Shown: piece after piece, positions 11,498-23,428 of the stretch | Position numbering within the stretch: position 1 is the stretch's first letter | Layout of the letters: each line of letters starts with the position of its first letter | Source of the DNA: Cenococcum geophilum | Taxonomy: Eukaryota | Reading direction: 5' to 3' | Length of the DNA stretch: 64,000 nt | NCBI GenBank assembly: GCA_050273025.1 | Contig: CP158635.1 | Span: 4,092,001-4,156,000 of the forward strand | The notes under the pieces: model-generated | What the model saw: the letters and a program-made list of their open reading frames with translations, nothing else | The model's database searches: none | What the model was told of the DNA's origin: nothing | Translations under genes and position numbers: made by a program

Positions 11498-13234
11498 ATG
11501 GAGGCGCTAACCCTGGGAACTGCTCCCGTATTATCCACCCCCGATATCCACATATTCGAAGATACGACTCCATCAGTCGACGTGTCAAACCTCCCCCGAC
11601 TTTCAGATGAGCAGCTAGTCCTCACCTACGAGATTGAGCGGACAGTAGAAGAAATTCGGGCCAGAAAATGGCGAAGGGTAGCATTACAATTCCCAGATGA
11701 CCTGCTTCCGGATGCGCCGCGGATATATGAGTTTTTGAGACGAGGATTAAAGCGTGCTAGGGATACACACAGAATTTCTTCCAGCACGGCTGAGAAGCAA
11801 ACCTCAAGGAACAGTAATGTCACGCGGGACCTGGAAACGATCGTGGAAGCACTCAGTATATCCGGCAAGGATGAAGTAGAGGAAAAGCTTTTTATACTAG
11901 CAGATACCTCTTACGGCGCTTGTTGTGTTGATGAGGTCGCCGCAGAACACGTCGACGCTGATGTCGTGGTTCATTATGGTAGATCGTGTCTATCTCCAAC
12001 TGCAAGGTTACCGGTCATATATGTCTTTACAACTAGACCGATATCCTTAGATATGGTTTTGGAAACATTCAAGGAAACATTCATGGACAAGGATCAGAAG
12101 ATTATACTAATGGCAGATGTCCCTTACTCCAACCATATACCAGGCGTTTATGAAAAGCTGAGGGAAGAGGGCTACACGAATGTCTATGCGACATCAATCA
12201 TTCACAACCCATCTTCCCCATTACCAAATCGTACTGTTCCCGCTGACGTGAGTGAATCGAAGGATGCGCTGCGCAACTACGAGCTTTTTCACATATCAGA
12301 ACCTCCAACTTCTTTATTGCTCTCGCTCTCTTCTCGGGCAGGCGCTATTCATATATATCCAACCAACTACACTAGTTCCGACCCTCCCAAGGCTCTTCTG
12401 GCCACATCAGTCATGACTCTGCGTCGCCGTTACGCTCTCCTTACATCCCTTAGTACTGTTTCGGTATTCGGCATTCTCATAAACACACTCTCAGTAAAGA
12501 ATTACATGCACATACTGGATCATGTTAAGAAAACGATCGCGTTAGAAGGCAAGAAAAGCTACACATTTGTTGTTGGGAAAGTGAACGCGGCTAAAGTGGC
12601 AAATTTCAGCGAAGTTGAAGGTTGGGTAGTTATTGGCTGCTGGGAGAGTAGTCTAATTGAGAGCAAAGATTTCTGGAGACCTATTATAACCCCTTTTGAG
12701 CTCAGTCTGGCCCTCAAAGGCGATGCCGAAAGAGTCTGGACGGGGGAATGGACCAGTGATTTTCAGGCAATTTTGGAGAATACAGATACCTCTGCTGAGA
12801 CACGATCCAATAATGATAAGGTTGGGGAAGCACCCGGGGAAAATCAACTGGTTGATGGGGGCGACTTTGATTCAGAGGAGGAATCAGCGCCGCCGGAGTT
12901 CGATCTGCGTACTGGCCGGTATGTCTCACACTCGCGCCCTATGCGCACTTCGGCGACGCAACCCAATAGAAGGCAAGCGAGCCAGAGGGTTGGAGCCTCC
13001 GCGAATCAATCCCTAGTCAAGCGTGCCAACGGCGATATCGCCCAAGTGGGTGGAGTAGCGTCTCCTGGAGCAGAATTCTTTCGGTCTCAACGAACGTGGC
13101 AAGGCTTAGGTAGCGACTTTGACGTCTTGAATGAGGCCAACGGAGAAGCGGACACTTCTGGCGCTTCGATGGAAGAGGGCAGAAGCGGTCTCGCCAGGGG
13201 ATATGTGGTGGGAAATGATAGGTCTGAGCGGTAG
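11498..13234 (+). CDS. DPH2: Diphthamide biosynthesis protein 2
   Basis: ALQFPD, LADTSYGACCVDEVAAEH, VHYGRSCLS, VGKVNAAKVANF, C-terminal RTWQGLG and EEGRSGLARGY. Confidence 0.95.
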   Translation: MEALTLGTAPVLSTPDIHIFEDTTPSVDVSNLPRLSDEQLVLTYEIERTVEEIRARKWRRVALQFPDDLLPDAPRIYEFLRRGLKRARDTHRISSSTAEKQTSRNSNVTRDLETIVEALSISGKDEVEEKLFILADTSYGACCVDEVAAEHVDADVVVHYGRSCLSPTARLPVIYVFTTRPISLDMVLETFKETFMDKDQKIILMADVPYSNHIPGVYEKLREEGYTNVYATSIIHNPSSPLPNRTVPADVSESKDALRNYELFHISEPPTSLLLSLSSRAGAIHIYPTNYTSSDPPKALLATSVMTLRRRYALLTSLSTVSVFGILINTLSVKNYMHILDHVKKTIALEGKKSYTFVVGKVNAAKVANFSEVEGWVVIGCWESSLIESKDFWRPIITPFELSLALKGDAERVWTGEWTSDFQAILENTDTSAETRSNNDKVGEAPGENQLVDGGDFDSEEESAPPEFDLRTGRYVSHSRPMRTSATQPNRRQASQRVGASANQSLVKRANGDIAQVGGVASPGAEFFRSQRTWQGLGSDFDVLNEANGEADTSGASMEEGRSGLARGYVVGNDRSER

Positions 13235-13605
13235 ACAAAAAGGATATTTGATAGAGAAATAAGCGCGATTCACGAAGTCACGGGCTTATTGTAGCTGAAA
13301 GCGAAGCTGCAAAGAAAGGAATATGCCCATATACTGTTCCCCTATTTCTTGAAAAATTTAGGCGCCTATATTACTTTTTTCGCTTTCGGTGACTGTCATG
13401 CCACCCTTGCCAAGCGCGGCGTTTCTTCTTCGCAGGGCGCGATCAACGCCTGCACCTCGCAGGTTCTGCTAAGCGTAGGCGGAATCCAAGCACTCATTCG
13501 AGCAAGGCACACGACAAGCTGAACGCCGACGAAACCTCCAACACGCGAATTCTCTGCAATATATTGGCGCTACTGCCGCCCTCTGCATCTGCATGACTCT
13601 CTCGT

Positions 13606-16600
13606 ATGTTTCCTTGCCTACTCCATCGCGAAGACTGTCTTGAAGGGCCTGGGTTTGCTAAAAGACTCCGCCTCCAGCCAGAAGAAAGTATGAGCAGTCA
13701 GCTTCTCGCCCAAGATCTCTTCTGGGACCCAGAAATCCACCCAAAGGCGACTTCTTCGACCTCTACCGACGATGCGGCGTCTCAGCGGAAGGCCGCCAAC
13801 TCACTTGTCTCTCTTAGCCTTTTCGAAGCCGTTATAACGTCCTATCCGCCTATCCTCGAGTCCCTACTCGCCCAGATACCCACCGCATCCATATTCGATC
13901 TCTACCATACTTCTAGATATCTTCGGGAATTTCTGGAGTCCTATCCTCTGGCGTGGAAGACGCTGTCGTTCCGATTACCGCAGCCGGCCCTCGTCCTAGG
14001 CTCACCGGGGAATGAAACACCGGATGGGAGGGAGAGGCAGTCTAAGACGTATGCGCTCGATGCATTGCTAATACAAGTTGTGGTACCATTCGGAACGAGG
14101 TTGAAGAGTTTGGATTTATGCAACACAGCCGTATCCGGCGTGGCCTTGATATCAAGGGTCCTGCAACCACGGATAAGGACCTTACAACATCTTTCCGTAC
14201 GAGGCTGCAAGAACGTCTCTATCAAGTACCACGTCGTACCTTTCCTGGAACCTTATATCCAGAAAGATTCACCATGGGCTCAAAAAGGTGACTTGGCCTT
14301 GAAGAGCTTGTATACCTACCGCTGTCGACATCACCGACGGCGACCATATCTACCATCCTCGCTTATCCGGAGAGATTCCGACTCAGATCCAACACATCAG
14401 CTCATTGAGATATGCCATCAGCTAGGTATCTGGACAGACACAGCATGGTGCCCAACACCTGGTGGGAGATGTTTCCGCAGGAAAGACTACCATTCTGGAC
14501 GGGCTGGACCTGGGAACATGGAGGTTTGGGTGCCTTTTGATAGGCTATGGCGATCCGGGAACCGTATAGGCCCGGGAGAAGACAATACAGAAATTGGCCA
14601 TGCTGACGGGAGGCTTTGGGAGATCTGCGAAACCGGACAGGACGGGGAACCACTGGGGACCGAAGACGGACAATTTAAAGGAGAAGGGAAGGATATCCCG
14701 GCTCACGTTCGGAGAAGCCATCGCACTTTTGTTGAGAAGATCAAATGTGCTCAGTGCAACGATGTAATATTAGAGCGTTGCGAGCAGTGCAGTGTCCGGA
14801 TGCATTGCATGGGATGCCGGAAAACGCTGTGTGCGAGCTGCGCTTTCAATCGGCCAATACCTAGGAAGCGAACGAAGACACGACACTTCACAAGTCTAGC
14901 TTTTGGGAACAGCATACCAGTGGGTACGACAATGAGCGATTCGTCTTTATCCTCTGCATCCTTGGAGACCCAAGGCAGGAATCCCAAGTCTCCCAAGAAC
15001 AACCGCTTTTGGTGGGCTCCTGGTGCAACACGATCACCAAATCTCATGAATGAGCAGTCTAACGCCGACGATTCTTCCGATTCCGATGATGGTAATGCCA
15101 ACAATGGTGGAGTGCTCCCGGCGCCTACTGCACCTCCAAAACTTAACATGCATTGGTGTTGCCTAGAACCAATATTCTCGGGGGGTGGTGGGATAGCATT
15201 TCTTGGTCCTGGACTTGGCGGAAAAGGTGCTGACAAGATCCGGGCAGCGCCTCTACCACGCATAAAAGAATATGAAGATCCTGACTTCTCATCTCAACTT
15301 CGACCAATCGACTATGTTCGCGAGCTAAAGAATAATGGCCTCTACGAATACGTCCTAGGTGAGGACGCAGATATCCTAGCTTACTTAAAACAAGATAGTT
15401 TGGATTTGCAAGCTTCAACTTGCCCTCGAGGACTCTGCCAGGACTGCTACCGCACATTCAGGTGGAAGGTATCGTGCAGAGGCTGCAAGAAACCATTGTG
15501 CAAAGAGCATGATTTCAGAGGGCTCAAGTTGCGGAAATGCGGATTTCGAGATTTGCATGTCGAGCGAGAGTACGTGCGTAATCATTCCGAGCCACCTCAA
15601 CTCATCATCCCGGCTTTCAAGTCTGGTGCATCGAAAACTGCAGACGAGAGCGAACATAATGGGGAAAGTTCATCCTCAACAGATACAAACTCTCTAAATC
15701 TGCCGGACATAGATCTTGATCTGATCGACACAACCCCACTATCACAATCTCAAATCCTTCCGCCTACCCCTGGATCGCCAACACCCGCGCCTCCACCTAC
15801 ACCTGCCGCTGTAGACATGTCCACTTCCACGTCCCTCACCTCCCACCTTTCCAGCACCCCCGATACTCTTAACATCTCCACTCTCAACTCTAGTTACACG
15901 TTCCACCCAACACCCTCTCGACCTCGATCTTTAAGCGTCTCAGGTCTTCGCAGCCGGAACTCGTCCTCGTGGCCCAGCTCCCCTCGCAATTTGAATCCAA
16001 TATCCAACACTCTCCCTTTACCATGTACTCCGCGCCACCCCGTGCAATGGGAGGGTTGTGGAGCATATTTCTGCCAGACACCTCGCCCCATCGGAGACTC
16101 GCGACCAAGATGCCCGGCCGTGCTAAAAGAGTGCGGGGAATGTGGAGTGTTTGTTTGTGAGGTAAGTCTCCTACTTTATGCCTACCGCTGAACGCTGAAC
16201 ATAGAACCACTGACATATTCTTTCCAGGCTTGTGCATCCGCGAATCCTACATGTCCTTGCACCTTCTGCACAACACACTTCCACTGTCCACACTGCGTAG
16301 CTAAGCCTACTGTCAAGGCTCAATGTCGCATGGAAGAGGAGTTGAAGGCAAAGAAAGAGGCGGAAATCAAGGCTAAGGAGAGAATGGAACACGAGAAAGA
16401 GCAAAGGGAGCAGGCAGATCAGTTGGCGGAGACCGTGTGGGAGTTTTGGGAAGGGTTGCTGGGTGAACTTAGTGGTGGGGAAGACGAGGGAGGTTCGAAC
16501 GTAGACACGGAAGGAGAACAAACCCCCACTCAGCCCGTAGAAGCGGTTACAGGAGACGGTGATGCAGAAATGCAGTCGGACGTGGTTGCAGAAAACATTT

Positions 16601-16662
16601 TGGACACAGAGGGCTCGATGATTGACGAGATCATTGCTGAAGGCGCCCTCGCGACAGTATGA
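13606..16662 (+). CDS. Conserved fungal protein with F-box-like N-terminus and Cys-rich Zn-binding segments (intron 16162-16227)
   Basis: 861-aa ORF spliced in frame to the 16330-16662 ORF; ILESLLAQIP..SIFDLYHTSR..WKTL, LRR-like LKSLDL/LQHLSVRGC, many CxxC pairs. Confidence 0.75.
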
Positions 16663-18240
16663 TCGTTTGCTTCAGCAGTTACCTAAAGATGGCTCACATA
16701 TGGTTTCGAACAGGCGCAAATTGTTCTTCGTTAGCTTGTTCAAGAGGGGTATTCATGGGAGGATTCGGAGGCGTCTTTTCATCAGTTATGCCCAGGATTT
16801 TGGTTTTATAGGGAGGCAGCAGCATGGCTTATCTGGATTGTTTTATCTACTGGCAGATTTTGTTTTGGGATGTTGTAAACTTTATAGCTTGATGCAGCCT
16901 AGCATGGGTGATGAAACCTAGCGATGTTCAGCGTTAGCTCTTTGAAAGATGAGAAATTGCATTATGTTCAAAGGTCTACTTCGGCATTCAAATTTCATAC
17001 GTAGGCGAAGTAAAACATGTTGATAGAAAGGATCGGTATAAGATGCTGAAGTTCGGATACTCAGTGTGTTAGAGAGTTCATTACCCGTGCCGCTGTCGCG
17101 ATCCACTTACCTCGTTACCGAGGTAAGTGCCGGCCAGCTCAACGAGTAGAGCCCACCTCAACGTCAGATTTGCCAAGACTATGATTTTAAAGCCGCAGAA
17201 CTCTACCAAAAAGTCGAATGTTTAGAATTTTGTGGTGTAGTACTGGTTTCTTAATAGAAGGAGTCTCTATATACAATAGGTCAAGGCTCTGGCCGCCTTA
17301 TGGCGTCCTAAAGAAGCTGCTTCGCAGTTGCCCGTTCCTTCCTCAGTAATACACGTGCAGCTTTTAGAGCCTCCTCCTGCTCGCGCTTTTGTACAATTGA
17401 CCTTACATTTGCTGCATATATAACCCCTCCCTTCTATACAACCTTTCTATTACTTTTTTGGCGTTGCCAACGAGCTCTAGCAACTACTTGTGTATTTATA
17501 AGCTCGCGTTTAGCATAGTCGTACATGCATATTTACCAAACTACCTCTTACGAATTTCATAAAGATATCCATAGCCTCCTTATTATCTTTGTATACCTCC
17601 TAAGCTAGCAGTAAAACTTTCTTCCAAACTATATGCAAAGATCTTAGTGTATATGGTGTAGATGGCTCACAAGGTAGTGGAGGGGGGGGGTAGTAGGACG
17701 CGCCTCGCGCATAGAATTAAGGATAATTTAAGGGTTATAAGGAACGAGGCCTGCCTGCCAGAAGGCTGATTTAATTATACTCAATTTAAATGTTTAGCGA
17801 CGAATTAATTTAATTACATAGAGGAATTTAACTTTATTAAAGTTGGTGCAGCCCGTCCGTGTTACTTACTCAACTGCCTCACTATAGTGGTGTTTATACG
17901 GCTAAAATACAACAATATTAAAAGGCTGTAAAAGGTGGCTTGTATGCGGAGGTAAGGTAAATAGTATAATCTTTTAATTGTCGTAATACTTAATAAACTC
18001 CTTTATAAGGTAAGAGCCGTGGCTATTAAAAATTAGGAGCCTATATGCACCTAGCTAGCGCTAAGAGCTATACGCGTTAAAGTACTTAAGCTAATTAAAG
18101 GCTAATTTATTATTTAAATAGCCTATTTCTAATAGGCCTAATAAATAGTAGTTAGGAAGGGCTAAATTCTTAAACCACTAGTAGAGGAACTATGCGCCCA
18201 CAAGTATAATCATAGGTAGTAGATTAACTCTGTCACTACT

Positions 18241-18452
18241 TGTTAGCGACTCAGTCAATCGAGGCACGAGCACGGCAAGAGGGGCGCGCAAGCCTGTACG
18301 ATTGGTAGTCTATAAACGAGGATCTAAAGCTAGAGAAAGGAAAGGAGAAGAAGAGCAGCGCTGGTCGAAGTAGGGTTCTTTTTATGCGGTCTTCTAGTCA
18401 CGTGACCGCGAAGTTCTGCCAAGTTCTGCCAGGTTCTGCCAGTGCCGTAACA
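18241..18452. mobile_element. Solo LTR nested in the transposase
   Basis: TGTTA...TAACA termini; TSD CTACT (18236-18240 / 18453-18457). Confidence 0.9.
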
Positions 18453-18466
18453 CTACTTATCGTTTC

Positions 18467-18638
18467 TGTCTGAACAATTTCGAACAGGAATTTATGGTCG
18501 CAATCACGTGAGCTAAGCGAGCTCAGGAAACCCCTTAAATTGCACCTCTTCATGTACGATTAGAAAACGATCATACAACCTAACAAGACTACGATTACGA
18601 CATTACGTGATATTAGCCTTAGGTCATGTGTTCCGACA
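18467..18638. mobile_element. Second, unrelated solo LTR nested in the transposase
   Basis: TGTCTGAACA...TGTTCCGACA termini; TSD GTTTC (18462-18466 / 18639-18643). Confidence 0.9.
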
Positions 18639-20397
18639 GTTTCTATTATAGTAACTAGCTCGCGATTTATATCCGTAGAGATATAAGCTTTTTAATAAGG
18701 CTTCCTTATAATAATCTACTGGTTTTTACTAATACTAACGCGGAATCCTAACTTATTAAAGTTATATATATCCGTGGGCATAACTATATACTTAATTATA
18801 ACATCGCGGTATTAATAAAACCACGCCTTAATATCCTTCGGCTCGTATACCGCTGTACGCTTAAGCTCTATTATCTTCTGCCTACGCTTATAGTACTCTA
18901 GGTAGCGGCCAAGCTAGCGTTTAACAAAGTAAGAGCTAATAGGAGGTGGTAGCTAATCTAGATTTTCGTTAGCTTAATCTAAGATCTAATTTACTATAAA
19001 ACGTATTATTAGTAGTTAAGCGGCGGTATGTAAGGAATCTAAGCGATTAATATAGCTACAAAGAGCAAGATCTTAATTGTTAGTAAGCCTTCTACTTACT
19101 GCAGGCCTCTTATAACGCGATTAACGTCCTTTCCACTAAGCGCGGAGGCGTGATTCAGGAACACCGTGTTGGCGCGCAGCCTCTGCAACATTGGGCTTGG
19201 TAGACTCTTGGAGTTCTTTAAGAGCCTCCTAGATCTTATTTTCGACGCGAATATACTCAGTAGTTATGGCGTTGATAATATATAATAAGAATATTAATAG
19301 TATTTGGGTGTCTTGGCAAATCTGACGTTGAGGTGGGCTCTACTCGTTGAGCTGGCCGGCACTTACCTCGGTAACGAGGTAAGTGGATCGCGACAGCGGC
19401 ACGGGTACTGTTATCTCATAAATCAGACCCTTCGTGGATCGTTGGTGCGCACGGATGAACTGCTCCTTATTAACTGACGAATCCTCTAAGAGCTTATCTC
19501 CCACGCTGGTTTACGTCCACGCATATCGATAAGGATTTAACCAATCACAGGCTCTCGTTCAAATGAGAGCTTAGCGTTGATACTAATGTTCATAGGCTTG
19601 GCGCCAAGTTGTAGACGCCAGCGTGGGAGGGGATAGTCTTAGCTTTAGTAGTAGCTAAAAGTTCTAGAACCTTATAATATTGACAAATCTTATATATTTT
19701 TCTAAGTTTAATTGTTTTTTAAGGACAGCGGTAGAGGACGCCCCCCACTGATTGGGTTTAGTTCCTTCCTGATCAAGTTAGAATATCATGTGAATTTAAA
19801 TTGTTTATCTGCATCGCGAAAATTAAACTGCTAAAATATAACCCTTATGACTGTAACACCTCGATTGCGCAGTACTCTATGAGGCGCCGCGTGAACTTAT
19901 TTGGGTGCTGCTACCTCTGCTTGATGTCTACAGACTGCCTCTGCGAGCACGCCCACGCCCACGCGTAGTACACCCGGTATTCTGTTCAAATTCTGAGACT
20001 CGCGGTGAGTCGATGTATCAACGCGAACAGAGCCAGCCAGGCGGCCGCGGCGGCGCTCAACAGTTAGAGGCTGGGGGGGGGATAAGGTAAGACAAATGCG
20101 AGGCATGGGCGCGCGACGGTCACACACTGATGCACATGTCAGGAAGGAACTAAACTCAATCAGTGGGGGGTTCTGCAGATACATCGAAAGAAGCCTCGGA
20201 ACACATTTTCTTTATCACTAATCTTTGACGTGCACAACAGACTGAAATTGGCGAAGCAGCGCTCATTGCCCACCACCTTATTCTTTTTGAGGATCATTCG
20301 TAGACGTTATTGCGAGTTTCCAACATTTTCTCGCCAACATTCAACGAACCAATATTAAACCACTTTTGGGCTCGGGAGTCTAGCAACTCTCCCGGGC

Positions 20398-21366
20398 ATG
20401 TCAGCGCCACTCACAGATCAGTTATCTTTGCGGGAGATCTCTCCTGGAGAATTTGAATCAAACTGCAATCCGAGGAGGATGGGAAATACTGCCAACATAG
20501 CTTACGGGGGTTGGACATTGGCTATTGCTGCTAATGCCGCTTATCAGTCGGCTCCACCAAGCTATCACCTCTACTCCATGCTTGGGCATTTTCTTGGGCC
20601 TGCTTTAACGGATCGGAAATTGTTTTGCACGGTTCGAAAAATACGCGATACTCGCACTTTTGCGACGCGGCAGGTGGAGGTTAGCCAAGCCCAAGATGAT
20701 GGTTCCAGGCGACTTGCACTTTTCGTCGTCGCAGATTTCCAGGTCAGAGAGAAAGCGTCTCTATTGACCTACTCAGCGCCACCGTCTAAGCCCTACAGCA
20801 ACTTCGAAAACAGCCCAACAATGGAATCCAGACTGCAATCAATGATACAAGCCAAAATTATCCCGCAAAAGGTTGCAGATGTGCATAATGTAGTTTTCAG
20901 TCTACTCGCGCAATTCTTCGATCAGAGACCCTGTCCAGAGAGCATTTCCACACAAAACCTCAAAGGCATGGCCAAGCATGTCAAGACGGCCCAGGATCAT
21001 CTACCTTTGACATCGAAGACGTCTGCGGATTGGTTCAGAGTCAAAGATACTTTGGAAACCGAAGCGCAACAAATTCCCACGCTTGCTTTTGCAATGGATG
21101 CCGCAATCCCCCTCGTGCCTCTTACACACAGCCACAAATTCCTAGACGATGCAGCCGCTTGCTCGTCTCTGGATTTCGCGTTGAGAATCTTTAGAAACGA
21201 TGTAAACTTAAATGGCTGGCATCTGAGAGAGCAAGCAACCGTAACAGGTGCAGAAGGCAGGACATACACAGAAGCTCGACTGTGGGATCGAGACGGAAAC
21301 ATGGTTGCGAGCATGACCCAGCAGTGCATCATGCGGCCGAAACCTGGCGTAAAATCAAGTCTTTAA
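20398..21366 (+). CDS. Acyl-CoA thioesterase II (TesB-like double hotdog)
   Basis: AYGGWTLA, GHFLGPA, VRKIRDTRTFATRQV, SSLDFALRIF, GRTYTEARLWDRDGNMVASMTQQ; intronless. Confidence 0.9.
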   Translation: MSAPLTDQLSLREISPGEFESNCNPRRMGNTANIAYGGWTLAIAANAAYQSAPPSYHLYSMLGHFLGPALTDRKLFCTVRKIRDTRTFATRQVEVSQAQDDGSRRLALFVVADFQVREKASLLTYSAPPSKPYSNFENSPTMESRLQSMIQAKIIPQKVADVHNVVFSLLAQFFDQRPCPESISTQNLKGMAKHVKTAQDHLPLTSKTSADWFRVKDTLETEAQQIPTLAFAMDAAIPLVPLTHSHKFLDDAAACSSLDFALRIFRNDVNLNGWHLREQATVTGAEGRTYTEARLWDRDGNMVASMTQQCIMRPKPGVKSSL

Positions 21367-22390
21367 TGGCTAGGAATGACGGTAATAGATTGTAACAGCA
21401 TAGATGAGGATGCCCTCGACTTCTGAATATTCACCGCCTCAAGCGCTTTGGACCTGGCTGCACGGATGATCTTGCCGTTCTACATTTGAAGGCTGTATGT
21501 ACCATATTCACATATATCCTCTAATACGTCAAGTTTTGCTTTCAAAGAAAACTAAATAATTGACTCTGTGTTTGTTCAGTTTCTATGCGTATCGAAGAAA
21601 GATGATGCTCGGCATATCCACACTCTACCTACTCCTCTCCCAAAAGAGCTTTTGGACAGCTGAGAACAATCAGCATCGCTCAACTACGGAATACCGCAGT
21701 CAAAGGAACACTCTTTGTGCCACGATAATCTAAGCGCTTGTGGCAATCCCATTGGAAGACCTGAAATCTTACCTATCCTAGATTCGGATACCGCTCACCC
21801 CCCGTAATCCTAATTTATCTTTTGTCCACAAATTAGTGACCATATAAAATGACGTAATATTAATGGCTCCGGTGAGATATACCCTGTTCGTATCTTAGCT
21901 TCCTTTTTTGTTATTTTCTTCTCGTATGTGTGGGTGGGCTGCATCTTACTTTTCCCGGCGTTCCTTACACCGCCACCGGAGGAACAGGATTCAGTGGCGC
22001 GGCAGACACGACGAACTACCAATGTTGAAAATTTTCCCTAGCTGAGATGGCTATGTTTCGGAGTTCGGCGTTTCAGCTCATTCAATCTCTTATGAAGAGA
22101 ACCCTCTACTGAAATTTAAAATAGCTCCCTTACAGCTCTAACTAGAATTATTTAGGTCTGCAGAGGTTTATATTCGCCGATTAAAGTCATGCTCATGTTA
22201 TAGGTAGAAGCCATCCAGCTAAAATGCTTACCTATTATAGTCATTCTGGACGCCTGAACTTTCGGCGTGCATCATCTTCGGCTTCTAGGGCCATATGCGC
22301 ATGACTTATGCGCCTCGAGGATCTCATACCTGTTCGCTTTGGACTGCGGCATGCATCGGCCTGATACTGATTTGATGATATAGCTTTGGC

Positions 22391-22397
22391 TATATAA
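22391..22397 (+). promoter_or_regulatory. TATA box upstream of the LysM-lysozyme gene
   Basis: TATATAA about 130 bp before the ATG at 22523, followed by a pyrimidine-rich leader. Confidence 0.5.
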
Positions 22398-22522
22398 GGG
22401 TAGACCTTCGCCTCCGCTTTGGATTATTCTGCATCAGTAACATCATCTGTTCCCACATATTCTCTTCTTATTACGTCCTCGCACTATCCTGCCTTTAGCT
22501 ATCCAGTTCAAATATTTCAATC

Positions 22523-23428
22523 ATGTCTACCTACAAAGTTGTCGCTGGTGACACTGGCGAAGCCATTGCCAAGAAACTCCACATTACCTTTAGTCAGCTC
22601 GAGAAACTCAACCCCGGCGTCAACTGGAACAAGCTTCAAGTCGGGCAAATTCTTCATGCTTCCAGATCTTCTACTGGGGCCTCTAGGACTTACAAAGTTG
22701 TCGCTGGTGATACCGGCGAAGGCATAGCGAAGAAGCTTGGTGTGGCCTTCTCCGAGCTCGAAGCTGCAAACCCGGGTGTCAACTGGAACAAGCTGCAGCT
22801 CGGGCAGACCCTGCACGCGCCCGGTCGTCGCCCGGGTACCCCGATGAACCCACCTAGCGCTGGAGATGGCGAGGGCACCAACGGAGGCGGCCCGGTTGTC
22901 GCCTACTCTGGTCCTGCGTCGAACTTCCCAGATTCCAAGCACTGGCAGAAGTGGTCCTTGATGTGGGCGCGTAACGAGAAAGTCATGCTCATCAACGACA
23001 CCCCCGAGTACGTCAAATACATCAAGCAAGCCATCGAGACCGTCGCCAAAGAAACAAAGATCGACAGGCGTGTTATCCTGTGCACCATCATGCAGGAAAG
23101 CCAAGGCAACGTCCACGTCCGCACGACCATCTCTCCTGATGGATCAGTCCGCAATCCCGGCCTTATGCAAACCCACAACGGCGTTGAGTTTGATGCGGGC
23201 AATGCGAAGGGTAGTATTCTTCAAATGGTCAGGGACGGCGTGGAGGGAACCAAATTTGGCGATGGTTTGACGCAGCTCCTTGCTCGTTACGATAACAACA
23301 TTTATCAGGCTTTGAGAGGCTATAACTCTGGAAGCGTTGATAAGAGCAATTTGAGCAATGGCCTGGGAGCTACGAATAGCTATGTCTCGGACATTGCTAA
23401 TAGGCTTACCGGTGCTCCTCCAAATTAA
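22523..23428 (+). CDS. Two LysM (CBM50) domains plus a lysozyme-like/SLT (GH23-type) catalytic domain; no signal peptide
   Basis: Two YKVVAGDTGE.IAKKL...LE..NPGVNWNKLQ.GQ repeats; IMQESQG, NPGLMQ and ALRGYNSG match the three SLT/goose-lysozyme motifs. Confidence 0.85.
   Translation: MSTYKVVAGDTGEAIAKKLHITFSQLEKLNPGVNWNKLQVGQILHASRSSTGASRTYKVVAGDTGEGIAKKLGVAFSELEAANPGVNWNKLQLGQTLHAPGRRPGTPMNPPSAGDGEGTNGGGPVVAYSGPASNFPDSKHWQKWSLMWARNEKVMLINDTPEYVKYIKQAIETVAKETKIDRRVILCTIMQESQGNVHVRTTISPDGSVRNPGLMQTHNGVEFDAGNAKGSILQMVRDGVEGTKFGDGLTQLLARYDNNIYQALRGYNSGSVDKSNLSNGLGATNSYVSDIANRLTGAPPN

Larger units (their letters stand above)
17084..19405 (-). mobile_element. Fot1/pogo-like (Tc1-mariner superfamily) DNA transposon, RIP-inactivated
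   Basis: Perfect 96-bp TIRs (17084-17179 / 19310-19405) and TA TSD. Decayed minus-strand transposase: KPNVAEAARQHGVPESRLRA (HTH) and RELVTIIETISSD..LLPMII. Length is 1928 bp after removing the two nested LTRs and their TSDs. Confidence 0.95.

Noticed and set aside
19852..20123. TGTAAC...GTCACA segment resembling a solo LTR
   Set aside because: No matching 5-bp TSD (ATGAC vs CACTG); ends cannot be fixed.
22517..23202. Antisense ORFs over the LysM gene (and similar ones over PLB, ankyrin, ECM31 and the sirtuin)
   Set aside because: Shadow ORFs caused by codon bias or repeats of the real gene.
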